Below, piece after piece: positions 27,571 through 41,267 of a stretch of 64,000 nucleotides of DNA. The translations under genes and the position numbers were made by a program. The stretch's first letter is position 1. Each line of letters opens with the position of its first letter. Under the pieces are notes generated by a model. That model had not been told where the DNA came from. It did not search any database and saw nothing but the letters and a program-made list of their open reading frames with translations. This DNA comes from the human T2T-CHM13v2.0 reference genome, Homo sapiens. The stretch is taken from assembly GCF_009914755.1 (NCBI RefSeq), contig NC_060940.1. One strand, given 5' to 3'.

Positions 27571-29010
27571 CGTGGCAAGTATTATAAATAGGCCTCCTTC
27601 TTATCTGATCCTCCCCTAAATGTTTTTCTTTTGAAAACCACAGTTAATTTTAGATAAATGTCGGAGATAATCTCAAATTTGTGTGTAATATAGGCCCTAG
27701 TTCTAAGAAAAACATGACATGTCTGGAAGACCTTGTTTTGGCCTTTGTTCCTCTGCTAGTACCACGGCCAATATCTCTGACTTCCCACCCTTTATCTGAG
27801 ACTGGGTTGTATCTTAAGTCTCCTAACCCCCTTTTCCAGAAGCAGAGAAACTGCCACCTTCTGAATGGCTCCTTTCTAATCCAATAGTTCCCCAGGAATG
27901 ATTTTAAAGCTAGAAAGGGGCTCCGGGGAGTGAGGGCTGAGTTCACCAACACTGCCCGCCTGAGCAATTTGCAGGATGAAGTGGCCTCTGTCCTCTGATT
28001 TTCACAGGCCAGGCCCCCTCTAGATCCATGTGTAGATAACTGCAGTCGTAAATGTTATGCGAAAGCTGCTGTACAAGCCTTTTAAATAAGAGGCTGTTTT
28101 TCAGAACCTGGGCCACATTTGTCCTGGCCTGAGTTAAGAGGTAAAGAACATTCCAATTGTGAGCTTGGATGGAAAAAAATATATTTGAAGTTTTTTCTGC
28201 TAACAAGGTATGCAGAGGACTCAAATTCCAGTAAACGAAGGTTAAAGACGGGCTGATTTGCAGAATACGGTCATCAACCCCACCCCTTAATTTTTCCATA
28301 AAGTGCCATAAAAAGCCACTGCACTAACAAACATTTTGGGAAGGAAACAAGCTCCAGGCCAAGAAGCCACAAGCTTAAATGGAGGGAAATCTGAGCCCTG
28401 AGGCACAGTTTCCTGAGCAGAGTCATTACTCAAGAAGGGATCAGGCATTAACAGAACTATCCCAACCCAGTACCAAAGCTAAGGCTTCCTGGGTGCCCTG
28501 GGACAGTGCTGGTCAGGAGAAAAGTGCCAGTGTCCCTCACTGGAGTTACACCCTTCACCTTGACTTACAATGTGAAATGAGAGCACATATCCAAGACTCA
28601 GCTTACACCTGAAAAACATCTGAAGAAAAACGTCTTGTTTTATTTAAAGGATGAAAAGAAAACGCGATGCAATGAAATTGCAAAAAAAAAAAAAACTCCA
28701 GCTGGATGTATTTTTTAAAATTTTTTGTTGTGGAACACAGAAAAATTAATGCTAAAATGGATACAGAAGAGTAAAGTCCCCCCAGAGAGCTAGGCCAACT
28801 GTGAAGAAGAGGAATATGGAGGAGGGGCTTATCCTACAAAATGTTAACCTTCTACAAAACCATCATCGTAAAATTGGTCTGCTTCTGGCTTGAGAACAGA
28901 GACCAGTGAACAGAACAGAGGCCTAGGAGACAGGCCTTTTTATAAATGAGGACTTGAAATATGTTTAACATGGCTTAAAAATCATGGGGAATGGTTAGAT
29001 TATTTAGTAG

Positions 29011-29353
<343 letters not shown>

Positions 29354-29733
29354 CAATAACATCTATATTTCTATAGTACACAAACGTGGACTCCAGATGC
29401 ATAGGATATCCAGTATGAGAGGAAAGCTTATATGGTTAACAAAAGAAAATTTAGAAGAGTATTTTTACAACTTAGAGGTGGGGAGAAACTTTCTAAAGAC
29501 CTAAAATTACCAAATATAAAGCAAAAAAAAAAAAAAAAAAGAAGTGTTTGATGACACAAAAGTTGAGGATTTCTTTTTAATGAAAGATTGTAAAGATGAA
29601 GTTAAAAATTGAAAAATTGCAACACAATATCTGCAACATTTACAACTGACTAACAGCCAGTATAGGATATATGAGGGTAACCTGTAAGTTAACAAGAAAA
29701 GGATCAAAAAATCCATCAGAAATAGGGGCAAAG

Positions 29734-30051
29734 GGCTGGGTATGGCAGTTCATACCTGCAATCCTAGTACTTCGGGAGGCCAAGGTGGGAGGATTACTTA
29801 AGGCCAGGAGGTCAATATCAGCCTGAGCTACATGGTGAGATCCAGTCTCTACAAAAATAAAAATAAAAAGGTTAGCCGGGTGTAGTGGTGTGCACCTGTA
29901 GTCCAAGCTACTTGAGGAGGCTGAGGTTTGAGGATCGCTTGAGCCCAGAAGTTCAAGGCTACATTGAACTAGCATAACACCACACACTCCAGCCCGGGCA
30001 ACAGAGCAAAACCCTATCAAAAAAAAAAAAAAAAAGAAATAAAAAGAAAAA
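29734..30051 (+). mobile_element. AluJ
   Basis: 'ggatcgcttgagcccagaagttcaaggctaca'; A-tail. Confidence 0.92.
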
Positions 30052-30052
30052 G

Positions 30053-30445
<393 letters not shown>

Positions 30446-32109
30446 TCAAAATCAGGGTAAAGCAAACCAAATCCAATGAGCTATAAGTTTATACTCATCA
30501 GATTGGTAAAAATGGGCAAGTTGGATAATGCCAAGTCTAAGATGTCAGAACACATGACTTTTCACGTCCAGCTCTTAGGATTGTAGAAGTGAAGCCAATC
30601 TAAAGAATAAGCTCACAAAAATTGAGCATCCATGTACATTAGAATCAGTAGTTCCCTTTCAGAATATCCCAAAGAATCCCCACTTGGGTCCTTGGGTCCA
30701 GAAGAGGGAATCTAAGAGGATTTCATGCAGCCAAGACCTGTGATTGCTGGGCCACAGAGGCAACCAGGGGGTCCTTAGCTGCAGAAATGGGAAAGTAAAT
30801 TAAAGAGGTGCCCTTTATGGAATACCATGCGGCAGTTAGAAGCAATTATCTGGAATCACTGATTAGCAGAGTGTGAAGTTTTTTAAAAATGCAGTACTGG
30901 GTAAAAAAATAAGAAAAGGCAAAGCAATCAGGGTTGCTTGGAGAATTAAATGGCAATAAAACCCTTGATGTAGCAATTGGCTCAAATAAGACTTTAGATC
31001 CTATCCAGAGGTAGGTGGGGAATTCGAGGGGTCAGTCCACCCTGACAAAGGACTCAAGACCATAGAGGTGGAAGTGAAATTTGAAACGATTCGAAAGACA
31101 CTTTGTGGACTACCTGCTAATAAATTTTCTTTCCTGCATCCTTTCTTTCTTACTTGGTAGTGGAATCTAGACTTTTACAAGAAAGAAAACTCAGAACATG
31201 AAACACTGCATCTCTGGCTGACAGTCTACCTGTCCTGGTGTTCCCTAGGAGATCTGAGAATTGCCCCAGCCAGGTGCTGCATTTGCTAAAGTTAATTCTA
31301 GGGAATTTGTTTATGTGGGTTCAGAATTCTTCACTGCCTCCCTTAACTCCCCCATATGTAGTCTGTGCTAAGTGACCATGGATGGAATTGTGCTGAAAGT
31401 TCTTTCACCGTGGTTAACAAAATCTACTAAGTAACACTTCATACAGGGTATGGAGGAACCAAATGTGATTGGATAGAATATTTTTTTCCCTTTCTTCTTC
31501 TTACCATATATATACTTTTAGGAGTACCCATTATTGCTAGTGTCTGCTAACAAAATGTCGGTGACCAAAATGTAGAAATGAAGAAGGAAAAAGGACAGCT
31601 TGTCTAACATTCTTGCTCTGAAAATCCCAAGAGATGAGATTCCATCTCTAAGCAGGAGGCCAGGGAGTCCTTTCTTAGTGCAGGAGGCAGCAGGATATTT
31701 TTATTTTTACTGCATTCGCGATCCGGGGTCACAGAGAAGGGCAAGGAGCTGAATTCCAAGAATGGAATAGAATCTAGCTCTCTCCGAAGGAAATCCAGGG
31801 TTTGGAAAACTCCCAAGTAGCAATAATTCAACTGAACTAACCTGATGAACTGTTTTCAAATGAGTATGGAGAAATATAGTCAAACATTGAACAGCTTCCT
31901 AGAATTGAAGCAACCGGGCAAAGGTGCCTTTTATTAGACCTTTGCAGTACACCCAGAGAACCGGTTAGAGTGTCAGGCTCAGCTCCATCTGGAAGAGAGA
32001 AAGACTTGATTTTATTCCCCAGTAGAAGGTTCTCTAGAGCAGTGCATACGTTTTTCACTTCCTTATAATTATTTATTCAAAACTGAAATACCAGCAAATC
32101 AAAGTCTAC

Positions 32110-32350
32110 TCAATGCATTGGGTACCTACTCTCTGCCCATCATCTGCTGGGGCTTTTCTCTATCTTATCTCATAGAATCCTCCCCAAATGCTTCAAGGAA
32201 AAGATGATCATTCCCCATTTTTCAGAAAAGGAAGTCTCTGAGAGGACAGACACATTTTGAAGGTCAGAGAGCTTTTAAAAAGCAGATCTGGATTCAAACC
32301 CAGACAGCTGAGTCCAAATCTGGAACTTTCTTCAGCTCATACTGCCATGA
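32110..32350 (-). mobile_element. MIR SINE
   Basis: 'cattgggtacctactctctgcc...ccccatttttcagaaaagg...ggattcaaacccagacagctg'. Confidence 0.75.
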
Positions 32351-32494
32351 CCACACCCCCGCTTCTAAGGGATGTCAGGCAGCCTAGAGGGTCCCATGAC
32401 ATTTAGAAATAAAGGGATAAATTGTCCTTTCCTCACCCATTTTCAAGCAAAAATGCTAGGGGAGCAGCTGTGTATTAAAAAGGAGTTGGGGCAG

Positions 32495-32750
32495 AAATAA
32501 TGATCATAAAGATAGTGAACTTTCATTGAGTTATGGGTCAAACATTGTGTTAAATGTTCAGTATGAGCCACATTCCTATGAGCTGGCTCTATTACTGTTT
32601 CTATTCTTTTTTTTTTGTGGGGGGGAAATTAAGTTTCAAAGGTTAATTGATTATTTAAACTCAAACAACTAGTACTTCTTGGAATAGATCCTAAATTGGT
32701 CTGACTCTCAAACCAGTGTTTTAAAAATACTACTCTAAACTGCTTCCTTG
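32495..32750 (-). mobile_element. MIR SINE
   Basis: 'tttcattgag...ctatgagctggctctattactg...ggtctgactctcaaacc'. Confidence 0.6.
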
Positions 32751-32784
32751 GGATATGGCAATGTGAGTTCGGCGTGGCAGCTAT

Positions 32785-33785
32785 CGTGGTGGTGTTATGG
32801 TGGTGGGAACAGCAGTGATGGTATTGTTTTCACTGCTCTTGGTGGTGGTGAAATTAATGATGATAAGTAACTGGTGAAGGTGGTTGTCCTCATAGTGGTG
32901 TGATGGTGTTGGTGGTGGTAGAAGTGGTGCTGGTGATGGTGGTGTGGGTGGTGATAATAGTGATAATGGTGGTAGTAATTGTTGTAGCAGTGATGGCAGT
33001 GTTGGTAATGGTAATGATAACTATGGTGGTGGTGGTGGTGTGGCAGCAGGGCCAGAAGTAGTGATGGTGGTGGTGGTGATGGTGGTGATGAGGGACATGG
33101 TGTTGGTGGGAGGTGTGAGGAGGGCATGGTGATGATGGTGCTGGTGGTGGTAATGGTGGAGGTGGGGGTGGGGTGATGACGGTGGAGGAGGTGATGGTGG
33201 GGAGGGGGTGGTGACGGTGATAGCAGTGGTGATGATGATGGTGATGGTAGTGGTGGTGGTGATTGTGGTGGTGATGGTGGGGAGGGGGTGGTGATGGTGA
33301 TAGCAGTGGTGATGGTGACGGTGATAGTGGTGGTGGTGATTGTGGTGGCGATGGTGGGGAGGGGGTGGTGATGGTGACAGCAGTGGTGATGATGATGGTG
33401 ATGGTGGTGGTGGTGGTGGTGGTGCTGATGGTGATGGTGGGAGAGGGATGATGATGATCATGATGGTGATGGTGCTGGTGGTAATGGTGGTGGTGGTGGT
33501 GGTGGTGGTGGACGCCATGGTAGGAGAGAGGGTGGCAACTGTTGAGGTAGTGGTGTGGTGGTGGTGGTGGTGGTGGTGAGGCTGGTGGTGGGGTGGTGGT
33601 GGAAATAGAAGCGTTGTTGCTGGTGGTGATGATGGTAATGGTTATGGTAGTGGTAGTGGTGGAGGTGGTGGTGATGGTGAGGATAGGGGTGGGGTGATGG
33701 TTACCATGACAGAAGTGATAAGAGTGATGAGGTGGTGATGATATTGATTATGGAGGTGGTAGCTATGGGATTCTTGACGGTGGTT
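32785..33785. repeat. About 1-kb degenerate (TGG/TGA)n trinucleotide tract
   Basis: Directly visible; explains the poly-His/Thr/Pro/Val/Gly ORFs. Confidence 0.97.
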
Positions 33786-34534
33786 AATTCACCCTCCCAG
33801 ATGATATTTTCTTTTGAGAAATTCTGAAAAAAGAACACTTCCGTTTTCTCTGTGCCTTTAAAGGTCGATTCACTTGTTTTTTTCCATAGGTTTCAGGAAA
33901 GAGGCACTGGCCTTTACTTCTCCACCTCGATTCACTTCCATGCTGTTGACAAATGTTATAGTTGCCCAGGATCAGAGGGAGAGACTGACCCTGTGACCAT
34001 TTCCCCAAAGGCGGCCTTTGGCCACTCCGTGCACTGGAGCACATGACCCTCTGCCTCGCCCCTGCCACATTAACCAGGTGACTGTCTGCCAAGGCCCAGC
34101 CCAGTCCAAAGGGAATTGGGATTCAGTGTCCCAAACAAGGCACTGATTAGCTGGTAATCAGGCAGCGATTAGCAGGTCGGGTCACCTGCAGTTCAGTGCC
34201 CATTGTTCCCAGCAAAGTCCTGGGATATTTGCCACACGGCTGGCCAGTCTGAATGTCTGAGGATTCCGATGCCTGCAGCTCTGCTGTGGAGATGTGTGAT
34301 TAGGAACAAATCCTCTGTTCTCTAAGCCCATCCCCCCAAGGAGGCAGTGCAGTGTGAATAGTGAATCCCCTTCTCTATTCACACACAAAGGTTTGGGGAG
34401 AAGAATGGCCTGCTTAGGAGCTCAACAGTGACAGAGAGGTGAGGCCCCAAGGATGCACTGAAGAACTGAAAGCAAATTAGCACATTCCTCTTCCTGCACC
34501 ATGATGACTGAGAGTGGAGGAACGGGCAAGCCCA

Positions 34535-34930
34535 CATCCAGACTGGGATTCTACTGTGATCTTGAGATGTGACCTTGGACAAGATTTTTAACCTCTGAGC
34601 TTGTTTACCTTGATTTTGAGAGTTTAATAACACTTGCCTCTTCAGCCTTTGAAGTTCAGATTTAGAAAATGAACATAAAGCAGTTACTACAGTCTCTGTA
34701 GCGTGTGACCAATACATGCTATCACCGTTATCATCGGTCATAGTAATATCAATATTTAAAATATCATAATTATTTGAAATACTTTATTTAAAATATGCCT
34801 CTGTAACATCACTTCTAAATGAGAGATAGCCCCTTTGTAGGAGGCCATGATAAGGATGAGATGAGAATTCTTGTAAAGCTTTCATCACAGGGCCTAGCAA
34901 GTAATTAGCACTTAATAAATCATAGTAACA
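34535..34930 (+). mobile_element. MIR fragments (two)
   Basis: 'gtgaccttggacaagattttaacctctgagcttg', 'aggatgagatgagaattcttgtaaagct...gcacttaataaat'. Confidence 0.7.
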
Positions 34931-35099
34931 ATGGTGATCACCATCATTATTGTTTGTACAAAGTTGAATGGAAAAGACTATTTTGTAGCACTTTTCACTG
35001 TATTGTAGCATGTGATCATGAAAATTTAGACAAAGCATAATTTTTCGAGCTAAAAGGAGATTAATGAAATTATTCATGGCACATTCACACCATTGGACA

Positions 35100-35255
35100 C
35101 TGTTCAGCTTTATAGTCTATGTGCCCTTCCACCACCTGGAGATCTTGCTAAAATTCTCATTTGGTAAATCTGGGGTCAGCCCAAGATTACGCATTTCCAG
35201 TGGATTCTCAAGTGATTCCAGGGCTACCTGTCCATGGACTCCACTTTGAGTAAAC
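35100..35255. mobile_element. MER5A-like MITE
   Basis: 'cacctggagatcttgctaaa...ggtaaatctggggtcagcccaagattacgcatttcc...tccatggactccactttgagta'. Confidence 0.8.
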
Positions 35256-37604
35256 AGGATGTACACTTTTACAATAAAAAATGTGTATATGCATTTATAC
35301 AGAAATATAGAAAAATATTCCTAGGCTATACTCAAGATGGGGGACAGTGTTTTTCACCCCCTTCGCTAAACTGTACTATCTTTCCCAGAAATTTAATAAC
35401 AAACATGTAAAAACATTTAAAAATGCAATAAATTTTATTGATGCAAGTTCTTCCCTTCTCTAAAAGTTTGTCACACAGCCAGGTTTTCCAGCACATTCTT
35501 TGCCAGGTCTGCATGCCTGATGCCATGATTTTCTTCTAGAGCCACACTAGGCCTTTTCAGCATCCTAACCACAAGGAAATCACATTAATGCGTGCTCATT
35601 CTGGAGGCTTCAACTCTCCAAGGAGCAGGTGGGCCCCAGCTCAGATATAGCTGCTGGCCAGAGTTCAGGACCCAGAGGCGTGCAGGCCAGCCAGGTGCAA
35701 GATAGACAGTTATTAACTCAGAGAAGCCCAGAGAGTTTCTAAAATCTGATTCTGGCTGCACTTGGAAAGGGCGTTCCAGTTAACATGGCGGGGTGCTTTC
35801 TGCAGTTTAAAGGAGCTCAAGGAAGTTCCTTGTACAAAAGAGATGGCTCCACTAGCCCTTCCTCCAAAGGGTGGCCTCAGAGAGGACCCTTGTGATCTAA
35901 GGGTAGGTGGGTTTAAGGTTTTTCTTCCTTTTAACTCCTCTAAACGGAGACTGGGATACTTACTTGGGTACTTGAGCCAAGTATTTATCTTATTCTCATC
36001 AGACTGTTTCTGTCACTGAGAGGTTGAAAGAGGTCTGAATGAGCATCCAGAGACAGAATTAGATAGATAGAACCTCAGTTGAATTTTGACCTTGCCATTT
36101 AATAGCTAAACTGCCTTAGGTCTAAGCAGTGACTCTGTTTCCTCCTATGGAAAATGGAAGTAGCAATGCTCTGGTCTCTCCAGGATTCAAACTTATGGAG
36201 CTAAAGATTCTAGTTTCCAGTTAGGTAAAAGCAGGCTTGCAAATGCCAATACTAATAATTATTATTTTTATTCAGTGTTCACCATCCTTTGCACCTTAAC
36301 ATACACCTTGTACCTGCCTAGATAAGCCCCCACGCGCTGCCCACCTGAGATCCCTGGTATGGGGTCTCCATCACCCCATCCCTCTGTGTATCAGGCAGTG
36401 GGTAGAGGAAAACAGATACATACAAAAACTGGGTAGTGGGAGGAGAGTTTACTAAAGGGATATTTAACTGAGGTGAGGGCGGGACTTGAGGAATAAATAA
36501 CATACAGTGGCATGGATAGGGGTTGAGGAGGTACATTCCCCCCCAAGCTTCTGGCTTTCAGTAGAGAGAACAGCCAACTTGTCAAGAAGGGGGATGCCAA
36601 GGAATAAATAGCCTGACTCCTGTCTTCCCACACTCCTGTGACCTCCTCATGCTTTTGCCAAGATCTTGGCTTGGTTTCTCCTCTGATTGATTTCAACCAA
36701 CTTTCTGATATTGGCAGGCGGCTATCTTATGTGCCCATGTTACATGCTCATGATAAAGCTGCATTTCCTGAGGGGACACCAATGGATACACCTCTGCCTG
36801 GCACGCAGCTTAGAGGCTAAATGTATGAAAAGCAACACCATGCAAATCATTTTGAAACTGCTCTGGAACTCTCACGGGACCCTCCATTCTAGACATCCAG
36901 TCCCACTAGTGATCTGACCATGAAACCTACTAAGAGACTTCCAGAAGAAGATGACCTCTGAAAGGAGAAAACTTTCTTCCAAGCTTCTGTGGAACAAGAA
37001 GATGCCATCCCTTTGGTGGAGCCCAAAGGGAAACCAGGTAGTTAGCAAGAGAAACTGTTGTTATCATCTATGAAAGGTGCTTCCTGGGGTTTCAGAGGAG
37101 GGTGCAGAAGGGGAACAGTGAGTCTGGAGGGACAGATGGAACATTCCTGCAATGCTATCAATCCATATCTGACCCTCAATTCATGAAACTTTCCAGACAA
37201 CCCACCCTGACAGATCCCTCTCTTCTTAGAGCTCTCACGTACCTTTCTTTTAGCATTTAACATTCATAACCTCAAATGAATGATTTCTATGCATGAGTCA
37301 TTTCCTGAGTAGACTGTCAGATCCTTGAAGGCAGGAAGGCAATGTAATATAATGGAGAATATCCTATGTCTTCAAATAGTTATGAAGATTAGAAAGGCAA
37401 TCTAAGCAACATCCTTAGCATATTACTAGGTGCACATAAAAAGTGATGAATAGACAGATTTATGACTATTCATTTTTTTTATCCTTCCTATCCTTCACCA
37501 TGTGGAAGATACACTGCCATTACACACACCTCCAAAAAGAAAACTCAGCATTTCTTATGTATCTTCTCTGGGTGATTTACTATGTAGAAGTTCAAGTATG
37601 TTAT

Positions 37605-38285
37605 TAGAATGCTTCCCCAATTTAGTTACACACAGATTCCACTTAAAGTACAGAATAAAATCTGACATATTCTTTTTAGTATGATGTTTTAAAAAAATAT
37701 TTGGAAAGCAAAATTCTGTTTTACCTCCCAATGCTTATTGCTGTTACGAAACTATAAAACAAAATAAATTAATAAATTGAATGCAAACAAAGCTATATAA
37801 ATTTTACTTAAATGCAACAGATGATATAGTTTTGATGAAACTGATTCAAAACTTACTACGCAAAAGCGGTATTGAATGCTGCTGTACAGGACATTTCCAT
37901 TCACCAAGCCTACACGTGGTATGATGACTCAAGTGTCCCATGATTGCTCCCCATTTATACTGGGCATCATGATGTTACTTGGCATTGATTTGACAACAGT
38001 GCATAATTTTAAATTTATTTCCCTTTTATTCCTTTTTCGCTAGTAGAGCCAAACAAATTAGTATAAGATCTTGCAAACTTTCTTTGCAACCATCGGCATT
38101 AAAATGCAATGGCAGTTCTTTAAATATAAAGGGTCATACGGATAGTGCAGAAAATGCTTCGCCAATTTTACTTTAGATTGTCGTTGCAATGAGAGCACAT
38201 GGTTCAAAAGTTCCAGCAGCAAAGGTGGTTTTCCCACCCTGCCCCTGGATTATGGCATGTGGTACAGGCATTTTGAATCTCAGCT
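37605..38285. mobile_element. Probable old hAT-Charlie DNA transposon derivative
   Basis: Charlie-like termini ('gaatgcttccccaa', 'ggcatgtggtacaggcattttga') around an AT-rich body; family not identified. Confidence 0.4.
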
Positions 38286-38294
38286 TGTGTCAGG

Positions 38295-38445
38295 TGGGTA
38301 TTGTTACCTGTTTTCTATTGGAGGACATTTAGGATTGTGAGTGCTTGGAGGTGTTCAGTCACTTACCTAAGTTCACTCACCTAGTAAGTGAGGCAGTGAG
38401 ACTCATACCCAAAAGTTTCAGTTTCTACATCCAGTCTTTTGACTG
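38295..38445 (-). mobile_element. MIR SINE
   Basis: 'gtcacttacctaagttcactcacctagtaagtg...gactcataccca'. Confidence 0.7.
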
Positions 38446-40834
38446 ATTGGTCTCATCTTTGATTATTATTGAAGATTAACTCTACATTGATGCAGATTGA
38501 TGATGAGAGTTGAAGGTGATGTTGAAGAGACAGAAACCAAATAGAGAATGAAACATGCTTGGCCAGAGATGGCAACATAAACCCTGTCCATGGTGCCCTG
38601 TTGTCTTGGATGCTGCTGTGGTTAGGTCAGAAGCAGTGGGAAGTCTGGAGCCATATGGAAGCTACACAGCCACACAGATGAGGCAGACCTCTAAGTGGGG
38701 CCACTCTTGGCACCTCCATGTTGAGCTCAGCAGCAACATGATGAGTTGAAATACTGAAAAGGAAAGCTCTAGGTTGCTCGTCATGATTTAATCTATGCAC
38801 CTAGTCTTTGGCATTTCCTATTTCCTGCTTTGGCCTGAAGCTGGACATTCTTTCCAAGAATCCTTTATGTCAGTCCTTTTGGGATTCAAAGAGTTGTGGG
38901 AATGGTGACCTCAGTTCACATCCACATTCCACCGGGAGAGCACAAAGCTGAGGCTCTCTCTGCCTCCAGGAAGTAAAAGAGGCTGTGAAAGAAGTGTTGT
39001 CAACCAATGTTCTTACTACAGAAAGCCAGGGGAGGTGCTGCTCATCCCTCCAGCTCCAAGTGATGAGAATTTTGGAAATAAATAAATTCAGTAACTTATA
39101 GGCACATGTGATAAACTCTCACTCACCAGGATCTGATAAACTAGTAGTGAACACAATTTTTGCATAGCTTGCATTTCCTGATAATACAGACGTATCTGCT
39201 ATTAAAATTCCACTTTCCTTGTAGCAAAGTTAACTTTTTGTTATTCTAGAATGGCAAATTGAGTCATGTGAAGTTTCGGGAATCACACACACATCAGGTA
39301 ATGCCATAACAAAAGTCGTTTTTGCCTGCAGTATATTTTGAGGACAATGAAACCATTCAATCATTGCCCAGAATGATAATTATCTTTTTGGACACATGAC
39401 CTCATATTCCCAATCTATTAAGCACACAAAATCTGAAAATGAGTGGTATTAGTGATTCTATTGAAATGGATACAAGGGAACTGAAACAAAATAAAGCCAG
39501 CTTTAGTTCTATAATCCCTGAAAAAAATAAGTGCTAAGAGGATGGGTGACTTAGGACACTTACAAAAGAAAAACCAACACGGAAAAATAAAACAGTAGAT
39601 GCACATGTCTTTTGACTTACTAGATGTCTGAAGTTCATTGCTTCAGGACACATCAGCTTGGGGTAGAGGTGGGGAGGGGAGTTGACTCAGGTGTGGGTAA
39701 CAATTGTGATGGCCTATGACCAAATTTCACAGTAAAGTGATTGGTACCCCAACCTCTCCTCTGCTCTTTCTGTTTTTTTGTAATCATCCTAGATAGACAT
39801 TAACATTTTCTGCAGAAGCCAACTGACAGAAAGATTAGCTACATCAGAAACAGCTGCTTCCACTAGTCTCAGCTTCATTCTAGGGGCAACCTCATCCAGA
39901 GTCTCAGAACATCATTTTTTAAAGACCCAGGTGCAAGTCACGCCAAGGTGGTGTGTATTAGAAGATGTGTGGCCATCCAGTGTAACTTTCACAAACTTTC
40001 TTTACTGGCACAGACCTATTGGTGATCCAGGTGAGAATGCAGGTTACTGGCATCTCTCCAACTTAACTCAGCACCCTGCCTTTCTCCAACATTCTCTGCA
40101 GAGAAACGTGAATCTTAATTCATACCATACTCTTCATATGAATCTTCATGTCCATGTGCTGGTCCCCACATTCCATGGCTCCAAAGGTCATTGTTTTTAT
40201 CTCTCCTTGAAGGACTACAAGTGGATTCTCAGGCAAATTGAAACCTTGCACAAGTCCCAGAAGTTCTAAGGTGGGAATGCTGATCAAGTGTCTCTACTGT
40301 CCATCTTTTGCCCCTCTTATGCCCCTTACCTCACCCCTCTGGAGACCCAGATTAAAAACGCTTCAGAGCAGGAAACCTGGTTGATGGATTGATCCATCAA
40401 CCAGCAAGTATCTACTGAGAGCACCTAATTTTTGCTCAGCAAATGCTGACGGGAGCTGATGGTGCAGTGACAGGTAATAGAGGACTCTTTGAAGTCAGGT
40501 AGAGGACTTGAAACTGAGGCTCAACTCACCGCGTCTTCATTCAAGAGACAGCAATTGAACACCTACACACAAGCTGCGCAGCATGCTTGGAAATGGGAAT
40601 AAAAAGGGCAGACTAGATTTCTATTCCCATAGAGTTTACAGTTTATCAGGGTCATAATTCTTTTAAGTACTTAAAATTAATGTGCACTATGATTGGGAAA
40701 CAGACTGCTTAGGTACCTTATGGTGGTCAAGAAAGTGGGAACATGCAAAGTTGTTTTTAGCTTTTTGAGGCCTGGAAGGATATGACCATGCAGTGACTGG
40801 GTAATGTGATTTTGGTAGCAAGATAGATTGAAGA

Positions 40835-41267
40835 ATGGAGAGTGAGTAGTGTCCTCCCAAAATTCATGTCCTCCCAGAACCTCAGAATGTGAGATTATGT
40901 GTAAATAGGGTCTTTGCAGATATAATGAAATTAAGATGAAGTCATAATAATTTAGGGTGGGTAATAAATCCATAAATCCAATGACTAGTGTCCTTGTAAA
41001 GATACAGACACAGACAGAGGTAAGAAGGGCAGATATCAGAGTGAAATGGCTACAATCCAAGGAACGCCAAGGATTTCTGGCCACCACTAGCTGCTTGGAG
41101 ATTTTCATGGAACAGATTATTTCCTAGAACTTTTGGATGGAGCACGGCCCCGCCAACACCTTGATTTCAGACTTTCAGCCTCTAGAGTTACAGGAGAATA
41201 AACTTCTGTTGTTCTAAACCACCCAATTTGTGATAATTTGTTATAGCAGCCTTGAGAAATGAATGCA
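40835..41267 (+). mobile_element. MLT1B/C solo LTR
   Basis: 'cccaaaattcatgtcctcccagaacctcagaatgtga...aatagggtctttgcagat...ccaacaccttgatttcagact...gaataaacttctgttgtt'. Confidence 0.9.

Noticed and set aside
32795-33579. Poly-His/Thr/Pro, mucin-like ORFs
   Set aside because: Artefacts of the TGG repeat; open in several frames on both strands, with no splice or domain support.
39121-39190. Possible 51-nt minus-strand micro-exon (donor CTG|gtgagt, acceptor tctgtattatcag)
   Set aside because: Weak polypyrimidine tract, unrecognised peptide; such matches occur by chance in 64 kb.
40531-40542. 12-bp inverted match to the filler at about 15085-15096
   Set aside because: 12-mer matches are expected many times in a 64-kb self-comparison.
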